Shown here piece after piece: positions 47,460-56,971 of a stretch of DNA of 64,000 nt. Position 1 is the first letter of the stretch. Each line of letters begins with the position of its first letter. The stretch spans positions 96,001-160,000 of the forward strand of contig OZ253555.1 of NCBI GenBank assembly GCA_965262725.1. The letters run 5' to 3'. Origin of the DNA: Dehalococcoidia bacterium (GTDB lineage Bacteria > Chloroflexota > Dehalococcoidia > UBA2979). The translations under genes were made by a program, and so were the position numbers. The notes under the pieces are model-generated. The model searched no databases. It was not told the DNA's origin and worked only from the letters and a program-made list of their open reading frames with translations.

Positions 47460-47738
47460 GTGGGAGCGGTGTCCGACGTCCGCATCGTCGCCAAGGCGAT
47501 GGATGATCTCGCCGATGACTGGCACTGGGTGCTGCTGCACGGCGCGGAGGAACTCGAGCCGCGGCTCTACTATGTGCAGCGGGTCGGGACCGTCTGCGGG
47601 CTGCTGATCGCCGCGGCGCCGCAGCAGGTGCGCCTCTTCGACATGGGCGCGCCGGCCGAGCCGACCTGCCCCCGCTGCCTGGAGCACGGCGGAGGCTCCG
47701 TGCTGAGCGAGGCCGAGGCGGTCGCGGCGCTCGCCTGA
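47460..47738 (+). CDS. Small hypothetical protein, possible zinc finger
   Basis: WHW..TVCG..TCPRC; high GC3; start could be 47469. Confidence 0.55.
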   Translation: MGAVSDVRIVAKAMDDLADDWHWVLLHGAEELEPRLYYVQRVGTVCGLLIAAAPQQVRLFDMGAPAEPTCPRCLEHGGGSVLSEAEAVAALA

Positions 47739-47910
47739 GAGGCTGCACAACTCGGCTGGGCGACTGGGCGGTGCTCGCCGAGGCGGTGCTGGGTGCTGAG
47801 GTCTCGCCCAGGTCGGCGTCGACTAGGACGACCTCACGAGGCTGCCAGAAGCTTGTCGTCTCAGTTGGATCGACCGGGCCGCGGAACCCTACCTTTTTGT
47901 GCAGGGCGCT

Positions 47911-49041
47911 CTAGGACTTCCTCGCGATGGCCTCATCAGCAGTCGGCGCGAGGAACTGGAGCATCGTACCCTCAGGGTACGTTCTTGATCTTCTTCGTGT
48001 ACCTTGCAGTATCTCGATCTCCCCACGGACCTCCATGGGCTTCAAAGTACTGCTCTTTAAGTGACCCGAATGGAAGTCCGTTGCGTCGGACTTTACGAAT
48101 TCCTCGATATCTTCAATGTTCTGCCATCCTTTGGATGCGAACTGACTACGCAGCTCCATCGCAAGACGACTAAGGTCGACAATGCTTTCGCCAAAAGTGA
48201 GTTGACCGTGCTGTCCACCTCGGAACTTGAAGTCTCCGAACGGGTCAGCTTTCCAAATTGCCTGCTTCATCTTGTCGCAACCGTCTAGGCTATTGGTTCC
48301 GAAAAAGATGGTGTATATTAGTCTACTACCGCTATAGAGTTCGAAGTGAACAACGAACCTGGCACCGTTGCTCTTGAGCTGATTCTTATACAAGTCATAG
48401 AAAAACTCCTTCCTCTCTACGCTGTCCGTTAGGTCGATTCCGTCTCGCCATTGAGTACATCCAAAGAGCTCGTCAAGATGCCTGCTGAACTCAGGCCGTG
48501 TCTTGAATCGGTTGATCGACTCGTACATAAACGAGATGTAGACTTCTGATCTCCGGTTACGCAATATTCTTGATATGGTCCTCATGGGCGTGCCGGAAAC
48601 ACCAAATGGATCAATCATCACAAATGCCGGTGCCAGATGGGTTCGTTGCTCTTCGAGTTCGTCGAGAACATCTGTGAGAGTCTCATCAAAGGTGTCGTTG
48701 ATGACTTCGTAGTGGCACTGTGGAGGCAATTGACCCTTAAGATCGCCCAGAACCCGTTCAAGGTGCATGCTTCGGGCCGCGTCGCGCTCGATGAACATGT
48801 AATTCACTTCGCTTTGGAACTGATTCCGGGCGCGATGGTTGATCAACGCATTTAGAGCAATGACCGGTGAGCCGAGCTCGCCACCTGAGTACTTGCCTGG
48901 CCCGGCGAACGCGTCGATGAAGAGGATGCGGCCATTCCATTTGCTCATGATTGGCAACCAAGCCTGCATGTAACTCTCGAGTACGAGGTGTTTGCCTCTG
49001 GTCTGCGGCTCGAGTGGCCAAGTGGTACCGCTAACGGACAT
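47911..49041 (-). CDS. tcmP: Three-Cys-motif partner protein (TcmP; methyltransferase-like)
   Basis: T..KH.VL..Y..AW, FIDAFAGPGKY..GSP, IDPFG; overlaps the DUF5131 stop; lower GC than flanks. Confidence 0.85.
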   Translation of the reverse strand: MSVSGTTWPLEPQTRGKHLVLESYMQAWLPIMSKWNGRILFIDAFAGPGKYSGGELGSPVIALNALINHRARNQFQSEVNYMFIERDAARSMHLERVLGDLKGQLPPQCHYEVINDTFDETLTDVLDELEEQRTHLAPAFVMIDPFGVSGTPMRTISRILRNRRSEVYISFMYESINRFKTRPEFSRHLDELFGCTQWRDGIDLTDSVERKEFFYDLYKNQLKSNGARFVVHFELYSGSRLIYTIFFGTNSLDGCDKMKQAIWKADPFGDFKFRGGQHGQLTFGESIVDLSRLAMELRSQFASKGWQNIEDIEEFVKSDATDFHSGHLKSSTLKPMEVRGEIEILQGTRRRSRTYPEGTMLQFLAPTADEAIARKS

Positions 49042-49804
49042 GCTGGCCGCTGATTGCAGTCGCAGGATATTCACGCCATTGACGTCCGTCTAAGACTGCT
49101 TCGTCTCCCGACCGCTTGCCGCGCCTACCCCCTAGCTGCTTGAGGAAGAATGCGACACCTGCGTCGGCTGATTGGTCACGCAGGCCCCTTGCCCAGTCCA
49201 AGTCCATCGCTCTGGCGCCGCGTCCGCTTTCGCCGCCAGCAATAACCCAATGGATGTCTCCTCGACGAAGCCAAGTGCCGAGGTCGATGGTGCCGAGCAG
49301 CGGTTCGGCCGAGACGAAGCGTACCTTTGCTGGCAGCCGCGCCAGCACCGTTATTCGTGGTGCGTACTTCTGGTTCTCCACCGAAGTGCCAATCCAGACG
49401 CCTGCTGGCCACACCCCGCCATATCGGCTCTGGTTGCGGTCCCACCATCCGACCGCTCGCCCCGGACGCTTTGTCAAGACTTGGAATATGTGCCCGCGCG
49501 CTGCCGCTGCGATGCTCATCACATCAAAGACCTGCGTCACGAATTCATAGGGAACACGCGGATGAAAGACGTCGGACATACTGTTGACGAAGATGCGGCG
49601 GGGCTTTCTCCACCGCAAGGGGGCGTCTAGACGCTCAGGCAGCAGTTGCACTTCCTGCGGTGCAGTCTCGTACCCGCGCACGCCCATCGCGGTTAGTCGC
49701 GGGTACATCGAGTACATGTAGCAATGGTCGCAGCCGGGAGACACCCGCGTGCAACCCGTGACCGGATTCCAAGTCTCATCCGTCCATTCAATCGTCGATG
49801 GCAT
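49031..49804 (-). CDS. Phage Gp37/Gp68 (DUF5131) radical-SAM-like protein
   Basis: IEWTDETWNPVTGCTRVSPGCDHCY (Cx6Cx2C), FVNSMSDVFH, QVLTKRP, SAEPLL, GGESG, FFLKQLGG. Confidence 0.92.
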   Translation of the reverse strand: MPSTIEWTDETWNPVTGCTRVSPGCDHCYMYSMYPRLTAMGVRGYETAPQEVQLLPERLDAPLRWRKPRRIFVNSMSDVFHPRVPYEFVTQVFDVMSIAAAARGHIFQVLTKRPGRAVGWWDRNQSRYGGVWPAGVWIGTSVENQKYAPRITVLARLPAKVRFVSAEPLLGTIDLGTWLRRGDIHWVIAGGESGRGARAMDLDWARGLRDQSADAGVAFFLKQLGGRRGKRSGDEAVLDGRQWREYPATAISGQHVR

Positions 49805-49821
49805 CGCAGAACGCCTCCATA

Positions 49822-49835
49822 CGAACTTGTGTTCT
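49822..49835. promoter_or_regulatory. LexA (SOS) box upstream of DUF5131-tcmP
   Basis: cGAAC-ttgt-GTTCt, 18 bp upstream of the ATG and next to the GGAGG RBS. Confidence 0.8.
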
Positions 49836-50117
49836 CATACTAGCGCCTCCTGTCAATCCTCTGCCGAAGCTCGACAGCCCTCCGTAGCGTTCGCGCGCGA
49901 CCGCGCGAGTCGCAGCGCTGTCTGGCGCGCGGGACCCTCTCGGATTCGCCAGCGCTGCTCAGCGGCTCGTCCCGCGAGCCGAGTTTGATGATTGTGCCGT
50001 CCGAGGAAGTGGAGCGCGTCGACTTGCCTCCAGCACGCAGGGGCCCACCCATTCGCCCCGGTCTTATGTCCGCGACACCGATATGCGGTGATGAGGAGTG
50101 GCATCGCTGCGCACTAG

Positions 50118-51510
50118 CAGGGTCGGGAAAAAGGCCCCCTTTGGCGCGGCCACGGAGCGAATCACCGCCAAGAGGGCGTATGCGGCGTCATTTCGGGGCC
50201 GATTCTGGCCCCCTCCGGGGCTCTCTCAGCCCGTCCGGGCGCCCCGGGACCTACTCCGGGCGCACTACGCCCGTGACAGCGCGGCGTCGATATTGGCCAC
50301 GCGCACCAGGTTGTACGCGGCAGCGCCCATCTCCATCCAGAAACCGTTGACCTGTTCGCCGATGTAGCGGAGCTTGCGCCCGCCCCCCACGGTCTTCAGC
50401 CACCCGAAGCTCTCCTCCACCATCTTGCGCCGGCGCTGACTCACCTCGTAGCCGGGCGTCTGCGCCACCTCCTCGGGGATGGCGCTGTGCTTCGCTCGCC
50501 GTGCCACGTGCGGCACGACCCCGAGTTCGCACAGCCCCTCCACGAAGTGCTTCGCGTCGTATCCCTTGTCGGCGCCCAGCGTCGCCCCCGGTGTCAGGCT
50601 GCGCTCGGCCATGGCCAGCGCCGCATCCCGCTCCGCCCGCCCGTGCGCCGTCGTGAGCTCGACATCGACGATGAGCCCGTTGCGGTTCTCCGTCATCACA
50701 TGCCCGATGTAGCTCGGGCGCGCCGCCTGCCCGTTCCCCTTCCGGTACAGGTGCGCGCCGGGATCGGTCGTGCTGACGTGGGTGTCCCGGTGCCGGCGCT
50801 CGCCGCGGAAGTCGACGTCCGGATTGCGGCCCGCAGGCTTGTCCCCGTCCTGCTCGTCGCGTGACCGGTAGCTCTTGTGCGACGCCCACGCCTCGAGCTG
50901 CGACCCGTCGACCGTGAAGTGCTCCTCGGACAGCAGGTTCCGCTCCCTCGCCTCCCTCACGACTTCCTCGAAGAACCCCCGGGCGATGTCGCCGTCAAGG
51001 AGCCGGGAGCGGTTCTTCGAGAACGTGGAGCGGTCGAAGGAACCGGGGTCTCCCGGGAGGTCGAGGAACCACTTGAACGCCATGTCGGACCGCAGCCGCT
51101 CGCAGAACTGGCTCTCGCTACGAATCGAGAAGAAGGCGATGAGGAGTGTCGACTTGAGCAGCGTCTCGGGCGGAATCGACGGTCGCCCGGACTCGCTGTA
51201 GAGACCGTCGAAGCGCGGGGAGAGATTGGCGAGCGCCCGGTCGACGATGGGCTTGATGCGTCGGAGCGGGTGGTCGCTGGGGACGAACATCTCCGGGCAG
51301 GTGAGAGTGGCGCGGCCCTGGTCCTCGCTCTGTCCTCGCATCGATATCCTCCCTCGTGGGGGTCCCTCTTGTATGATCGTTAGTATACTCGTCTTATCAG
51401 TTACAGTCGACCACTACCTGGGGCTTCTGACAGCTACCGGGGGCGTTTGTTGCACCCGCGGGGCACCGCCGGCCATGCTCCGGGCACCCAGGGAGAAAAT
51501 CACAACCCTG
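50118..51510 (-). mobile_element. IS5-family element, ~1.39 kb, with CTAG target duplication
   Basis: CTAG at 50114-50117 and 51511-51514; imperfect IRs CAGGGTcGgGA / TCACAACCCTG. Confidence 0.85.
50265..51341 (-). CDS. IS5-family transposase
   Basis: VPSDHPLR, GRPSIPPE, FTVDGS, GADKGYD, RKMVEESFGWLK. Confidence 0.93.
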   Translation of the reverse strand: MRGQSEDQGRATLTCPEMFVPSDHPLRRIKPIVDRALANLSPRFDGLYSESGRPSIPPETLLKSTLLIAFFSIRSESQFCERLRSDMAFKWFLDLPGDPGSFDRSTFSKNRSRLLDGDIARGFFEEVVREARERNLLSEEHFTVDGSQLEAWASHKSYRSRDEQDGDKPAGRNPDVDFRGERRHRDTHVSTTDPGAHLYRKGNGQAARPSYIGHVMTENRNGLIVDVELTTAHGRAERDAALAMAERSLTPGATLGADKGYDAKHFVEGLCELGVVPHVARRAKHSAIPEEVAQTPGYEVSQRRRKMVEESFGWLKTVGGGRKLRYIGEQVNGFWMEMGAAAYNLVRVANIDAALSRA

Positions 51511-52278
51511 CTAGGGATCGCCGAGTTCGCGCGCCGCGACGGTGATCGCGTTCGCGCTCGCGGGCATCCCGGCGTACGGCCCGACCTGCAGCAAGAGCTC
51601 GCCCATCTCCTCGCGCGTGATCCCGAGTCCGGTGGCTCCCCGCACGAAGGCGGCGAGCTGAGCCTCCTGCCCCAGCGCCGCGAGCGACGCGACGCTGCAG
51701 ATCACGCGTGAGCGCGCGTCCAGACCCGGCCGCTGGAAGATCCCGCCGAAGGCATAGCGTAGTGTCCAGGTCCGTAGCTCCGGTTGCAGCGCCGCCGCGG
51801 CGACGAGGTAGGGCGGCGGGGCGGCGCTCTCGCCGAGGAGTTCGGAGCGGAACTCCACGCCGCGCGCCTCCGCCTCCGCGAGCGAGCGCTCCGGCACCGA
51901 GCGCGGGGCCGCTTCGACGCCACGTTCGGCGAAGACCTTGTGCGCGACGCCCAGCGATCCGGCGGCGGTCGGCATCCCGGCGTGCACCGAGCAGTGGACG
52001 AGGATCTCCTCCACCTCCTCCGGCGCGAGGCCGATGGTGAGTGCGGCGCCGACGTAGCGGCGCAGCTGCTCGAGGCGCTGGAGTGAGCTGAGCGCGGAGA
52101 GTGTCGCCAGCATCCGCTCCCTGAGCCCCAGGCCGGGGCGCGCCCAGATCGCTCCGAAGATCGCCTCGGTCGAGTGTTCCTCGAGCCCCGGCACGGCGTG
52201 AAGCGCCGCGGGGGCTGCGAGCCCCAGCGTCGCGCGCATCGCCCGCCCGGCCCGGATCACCTCCTCGCGCGTCGGCAT
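51511..52278 (-). CDS. Double-domain carboxymuconolactone decarboxylase family protein
   Basis: Two copies of FG.I(W/F).RPGL..R.R and (H/Y)AGMP. Confidence 0.85.
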   Translation of the reverse strand: MPTREEVIRAGRAMRATLGLAAPAALHAVPGLEEHSTEAIFGAIWARPGLGLRERMLATLSALSSLQRLEQLRRYVGAALTIGLAPEEVEEILVHCSVHAGMPTAAGSLGVAHKVFAERGVEAAPRSVPERSLAEAEARGVEFRSELLGESAAPPPYLVAAAALQPELRTWTLRYAFGGIFQRPGLDARSRVICSVASLAALGQEAQLAAFVRGATGLGITREEMGELLLQVGPYAGMPASANAITVAARELGDP

Positions 52279-52298
52279 GACCCCTCTCCCTCCGCTGC

Positions 52299-53804
52299 TC
52301 AGGCGCCCGCGGGCCGCCCGCTCGCTTCCTCGATTGCGATCGGGCGCTCGCCCTCGTGCTCCCGGCGCCCGAGCTCGTCGGCGAGGCGCAGCGCGAGGGC
52401 GACGATGGTCAGGGTCGGGTTCGCGTACCCGCCCGTCGGGAAGGTCGATGCGCCGCTCACCCAGAGGTTCGGCACGCCGTGCACGCGGCCCGCCCCGTCC
52501 ACCACGCCGCGCGCCGGATCGCGGTGCATGCGGGTCGTGCCCATCTGGTGCGAGCTCGGCGACGTCAGCTCGGGGAGATCGCCCGCAGGCGGGACCTCGA
52601 GGTGGCCGACGCCCGCGCGCGCGAGTTCGTCGGCGAGCAGCCGCTCCGTGCGCCGCACGCTCGCGAGCTCGCCGTCGCTCCAGCGCCAGCGCACCGATGC
52701 CTGGGGCATCCCCAGCTCGTCGCGGGCGTGCTCGGAGAGCGTGAGACGGTTGTGGGGGTCGGGGGCGAGCTCCGTCTGCAGCTCGACATCGAACGCGGGC
52801 TCTCCGGCGGGGACGCGCGACCAGCGGATTCCGCCCGCGCGCACGAGCCGTGCGGCGCTCGCCAGCAGCTCGAACTCGCGCTGCGCCGCCGGGGCAAGCG
52901 CCAGCTTCGCGCCGACCATGCCGCTGCCCACCCGGCGGACGCCGTAGAGCGCCGAGCGCTCCATCAGCGAGGGCTCCCGGGCGGTGAGGATGCCCGCGTG
53001 CACCTTGGCGTGCTCCATCAGGTAGCGGCCGACGAGGTCGCGGCGGTTGCCGATGCCCGCGGCCTCTCGCTCGTTCGAGAGCAGGAGCAGCCGGGCGTTC
53101 TCGATCGCGCCCGCCGCGAGCACGAAGCGGCGCGCCCGCACCGAGCGCCGGCCGCCCCCGAGCGAGGCGAGGCGCACCCGCTCGACCGCCTCCCCTCCCG
53201 CTCGCGGCTCGAGCGCGACCGCCGTCGCATGCGTCAGGATCGTGACGTGAGCCTTCGACTCGAGCTCTGCGGGGTAGCGCTCCGTGAAGACCTCGGGGGG
53301 ACCGAACGTCTCGATAGCCGTCTCGAAGCGTGACGGATCGAGGGGGAGCCGCGGCGCCGCGGCGCTCTCCCAGTCCTCGACGCGGCCGGAGGGCTCCGGA
53401 ACGCCGCAGGTCGCAAGCGCCCGCTCCAGGTAGGGCTCGAGCTCCTCCCAGCCGAAGGGCCATCCCGAGTCCGGCACCCAGTCGCGCGCCTGCAGGTCGA
53501 GCGGGGTGAGCGGGAGGTAGCGCGCCCAGAGGTCGGCGGATCGGTGCCAGATGTGCGCCGTGCCGCCGAGCTGGCGCCAGCGGGTCTCGCCGTGCGGATG
53601 GAGGTCGCTGGCGCTCTCCTCGAGGTCGGCGAGCCGCTGCGCCCCGTCGTCGCTCTCGCGTCCGCCCGACTCGACGAGCAGGATGCGCGGCCCGTCGGCA
53701 GCGAGCTCGCGGGCGATGGTGAGCCCCGCGGGACCCCCGCCGACGATCAAGAGGTCGGCGTCGAGCTCGCCTCCGTCGGGGAGGCTGCGCGCGTCGAGGA
53801 TCAT
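52299..53804 (-). CDS. GMC-family FAD oxidoreductase
   Basis: IVGGGPAG, LAAGAIENARLLL, GRYLMEH, HQMGTTRM, ANPTLTI. Confidence 0.92.
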   Translation of the reverse strand: MILDARSLPDGGELDADLLIVGGGPAGLTIARELAADGPRILLVESGGRESDDGAQRLADLEESASDLHPHGETRWRQLGGTAHIWHRSADLWARYLPLTPLDLQARDWVPDSGWPFGWEELEPYLERALATCGVPEPSGRVEDWESAAAPRLPLDPSRFETAIETFGPPEVFTERYPAELESKAHVTILTHATAVALEPRAGGEAVERVRLASLGGGRRSVRARRFVLAAGAIENARLLLLSNEREAAGIGNRRDLVGRYLMEHAKVHAGILTAREPSLMERSALYGVRRVGSGMVGAKLALAPAAQREFELLASAARLVRAGGIRWSRVPAGEPAFDVELQTELAPDPHNRLTLSEHARDELGMPQASVRWRWSDGELASVRRTERLLADELARAGVGHLEVPPAGDLPELTSPSSHQMGTTRMHRDPARGVVDGAGRVHGVPNLWVSGASTFPTGGYANPTLTIVALALRLADELGRREHEGERPIAIEEASGRPAGA

Positions 53805-53886
53805 CGGGCGGCCGCTTCGCCGGGGAGGCGTGGCCCCATCTCCGCTCCCGTCCGAGCCGCAGCGCGCCCCGGGCGCCGGTCGGGGC

Positions 53887-54969
53887 CTAGCTCCCTGAGG
53901 GATCCGGCAGCGTCACTACGACCCCGTCGCGCGCCGAGCGCACGGCCGCGTCGAGGACCTCCTGCACGCGCAGCGCGTCGACGAGGTTCGGCTCCTGCGG
54001 CTCGCCGCTCTCGATGGCGCGGATCAGCGCGTGCGCCATCGTCCCGAAGCGGCGCTCGGCGCACGCGGCGACCTCGGGCGGGTCGTCGGGCGGCGGCACC
54101 TCCACGACGCGCGGCTTACCGCCCTCCGAGCGCCTGGCCACCGTGACGGTGGCGCCCGCGCCCATCTCGTCGCCGTCGACCACCACGCTGCCCTCGCTGC
54201 CGTAGAGCTCCACGCGGCGCCCGAGCACGCCCGGGACGTTGGCCGAGAAGTGGATCGAGATGGCGGCGCCGGAGCGGGCGGAGCCGAGCAGCGCGAAGCT
54301 GTCGTCGGCGGTCACGCGGTGCATCACGCCGGCCTCGTCGGGCACCTCGTCGGTCCAGTGCCGCAACTCGCAGGAGACGCTCGCCCACTCGCCCACGAAC
54401 TGGCGCGCCATGTCGATGTAGTGGCTGCCGACCGCCATCAGCATGCCGCCGCCCCGGTCGGCGTCGCGGTGCCAGCTCCAGTCGCGCCCCGGCCAGCCCG
54501 CGAAGTGGTTGTAGCTGTAGTGGCGCGGCTCCCCGATCACCCCCTCCGCGATCAACTGCCGCATGTAGCCGTGCGTGACGAACGGACGCATCGTCATGCA
54601 GACGACGTGGGCGACGCCCGCGGCCTCCACGGCGGCGAGCATCTCGCGCCCCTCCTCCACGTTCAGGCCTATGGGCTTCTCGCAGAGGATGTGCTTTCCG
54701 GCCTCGGCCGCGGCGAGCACCATCGGGTGGTGCAGCTCGTTGGGACCGGCGATGTAGACCATGTCGATCTCGGGCATCGCCAGCATCTCGCGGTAGTCGT
54801 CGGAGGCGTGCGGGATGCCGTACGTCGCGGCGGCGGCCTCGGCGCGCTCGCGGCGCCCGCTCGCGATCGCGTGGAGCTCGATTCCGTCGTACGTCGAGAA
54901 CGCGGGGAGCGGCGCCGCCGCCGCCCACGCGGTGCCGATCACCCCCATCCGGTAGGTCCGGGCCGCCAT
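53887..54969 (-). CDS. Gfo/Idh/MocA oxidoreductase
   Basis: GVIGT, AGKHILCEKP, GGGMLMAVGSHYID. Confidence 0.92.
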   Translation of the reverse strand: MAARTYRMGVIGTAWAAAAPLPAFSTYDGIELHAIASGRRERAEAAAATYGIPHASDDYREMLAMPEIDMVYIAGPNELHHPMVLAAAEAGKHILCEKPIGLNVEEGREMLAAVEAAGVAHVVCMTMRPFVTHGYMRQLIAEGVIGEPRHYSYNHFAGWPGRDWSWHRDADRGGGMLMAVGSHYIDMARQFVGEWASVSCELRHWTDEVPDEAGVMHRVTADDSFALLGSARSGAAISIHFSANVPGVLGRRVELYGSEGSVVVDGDEMGAGATVTVARRSEGGKPRVVEVPPPDDPPEVAACAERRFGTMAHALIRAIESGEPQEPNLVDALRVQEVLDAAVRSARDGVVVTLPDPSGS

Positions 54970-55006
54970 CACGCTCCTCCGTCCTCCGCGCGCATCGTGG
55001 TCCGCA

Positions 55007-55807
55007 CTATAGCGAGGGCGGGCCGCCCGCTCCGGGCGCGCGGTGCTCCACGAGGAAGGAGACGACCGCATCGCGCAAGCGCGCGTCGGTGAGGCAGCCG
55101 ACGTGGTCCCTCCCCTCGAGCACGAGCACCCGTGCGCCCGGCAAGAGCCGCGCGAGCTCCTCGCGGATCCAGGGCTCCGCCGCCGGATCGTCGCCGCCAG
55201 CGGCCACCAGCGCCGGCACCCGCGCCCCCGAGAGGTCGGGCCGGGCGAAAGGCTCTGTTCGCACCACCTCGCGCGCCGCGCGCACGACCTCCGCCGCCTG
55301 GCCCGAGAGCCGCGTCAACGCACCGTCGAGCTGGCTCAGCGCCCGTGCGCGCTGCTCCTCCGCCCGCTCCTCGGCCGCGAGGTGGAGACCCTGGATCGCG
55401 AGCGCGCCGACGATCACGCCGCCGAGCGTGAGCGAGCGCACCCGGGCCGGCTGCGCGTCGGCGAAGCGGATGGCGTGGCATGCCCCCATCGAGTAGCCGG
55501 CGAGGTGCGCCGCGTCCACCCCCTCGATGTCGAGCACGCAGGCGATGTCGTCGACGCACGGCGACCCCGCGAGCAGCCGGGGATCGGCGACGCCTCCGCT
55601 TCTCCCGTAGCCGCGCGCGTCGGGGCGGATCACCCGCAGCCCGGCCTCCGTCAGGGGCTCGACCCAGCCGAGCCGTTCCCACGCCGACCCGTCGGCGCCG
55701 GCCGCGTGCAGGAGTACCACGGTCTCCGGCTCGGAGGCCCCCGTCTCGGGGGGGAGGTCGACCTCGTAGTGGATCTGAAGACCGTCGCGCGACACTACCT
55801 CGGCCAC
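55007..55807 (-). CDS. Alpha/beta hydrolase (canonical GYSMG)
   Basis: VVLLH, DARGYGRS, AGYSMG, GRDH. Confidence 0.88.
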   Translation of the reverse strand: MAEVVSRDGLQIHYEVDLPPETGASEPETVVLLHAAGADGSAWERLGWVEPLTEAGLRVIRPDARGYGRSGGVADPRLLAGSPCVDDIACVLDIEGVDAAHLAGYSMGACHAIRFADAQPARVRSLTLGGVIVGALAIQGLHLAAEERAEEQRARALSQLDGALTRLSGQAAEVVRAAREVVRTEPFARPDLSGARVPALVAAGGDDPAAEPWIREELARLLPGARVLVLEGRDHVGCLTDARLRDAVVSFLVEHRAPGAGGPPSL

Positions 55808-55944
55808 GGCGCCCTCCCGCCGCGCTCGACCGGGCGCGGCGCCTGAGTCTACCGCGACGGCGTGCGCGTCCGACCCGGCGTCGTTGTGGGCGCTATAACC
55901 ACGGTGCTGCCGATGTCGGGGCCAGCAGGGAATGGGGGCGGACG

Positions 55945-56361
55945 ATGCACAGCCGGGAGACGGTGGGGCTCAGCGAGGGGCGGCGCGCGCTCGACGCGAT
56001 CCTCGAGGCGCACGCCGCGACTCAGGATCCGCGCCCGATCGCGGTCGCTGTCGTCGACGACGCGGGCGAGCTGGTGGCCTTCGCGCGCTCCGGGCCCGGC
56101 AACCCGCTCTCGGGGCGCGTGGCGACGGCGAAGGCGTACAGCGCGGCGCGCACCCGCAGCGAGACCGCAGCGCTCGGTGTGAGGCTCGCCGAGATGGGCG
56201 TGGGTATCGGCGACCTCGCGGACCCCGGCCTCACCACGCTTCAGGGCGGCGTCCCCATCCTGAGCGCCGATGACGCCTGCGTCGGTGCGGTCGGCGTCTC
56301 CGGTCTCGCCGCCTCCGAGGACGAGGAGCTCGCTCGGCGGGGTGTGGAGGCGATGGCCTAG
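55945..56361 (+). CDS. GlcG/HbpS heme-binding family protein
   Basis: IAVAVVDDAGELVAF, A.AKAYSA, GGVPI, GAVGVSG..EDE. Confidence 0.88.
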   Translation: MHSRETVGLSEGRRALDAILEAHAATQDPRPIAVAVVDDAGELVAFARSGPGNPLSGRVATAKAYSAARTRSETAALGVRLAEMGVGIGDLADPGLTTLQGGVPILSADDACVGAVGVSGLAASEDEELARRGVEAMA

Positions 56362-56592
56362 CTTCATGTCCCTTCGGAGCGCGGCGCGTGAGCGGGTCGG
56401 AGTGCAGATGCCCGCAGCCACGACTCCGACGGGCGTCGTCTCACCGGGGCGGGATCGAGACCACTGTGGTGCCCTGCACCCGCTTGACGCAGGCTCGTCG
56501 TGTACGTGGCAGGCCGGAAGCTCGCCGTGCAATGGCGTCCCGTTGGCTCTCACTGCTGCCGCCAAGTCAATCGAAGACCACGAACCTCGGAT

Positions 56593-56925
56593 TCACGAGG
56601 AGAGGAGATCGGTGACGTCGGTCCAGAAGAGCGCCAGCAGGCAGATCAGCACGGCGGCGGCGAGCGTGAACGCCCCGGCGAAGAGTCGCGTGAGCAACGG
56701 GGGCTCGAAGTAGAGGTGCATGAAGAAGGCGACGACCGCGACGAACTTCACCGCGGAGAGGATGATCAGCACCGGGATCAGCGCGTCCCCGAGGTCGACC
56801 CATAGCGAGGCGCCGAGTTCGACGGCGGTGACCAGCGCGAGCGCCGCACCGATCCCGATGTACTGCTTCGGTGCGAGGCCGTGTTGCTTGTCGGCCGATT
56901 CGGCGTGCGATTCCTGACCGCTCAT
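56593..56925 (-). CDS. ctaF: Cytochrome c oxidase subunit IV
   Basis: LALVTAVE, KF..VVAFFMHL.FE; operon position. Confidence 0.85.
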   Translation of the reverse strand: MSGQESHAESADKQHGLAPKQYIGIGAALALVTAVELGASLWVDLGDALIPVLIILSAVKFVAVVAFFMHLYFEPPLLTRLFAGAFTLAAAVLICLLALFWTDVTDLLSS

Positions 56926-56971
56926 CGCGCGCTCGCCTTCCTTCCCTGATCCCGCTCCACGCGACTTCCCA

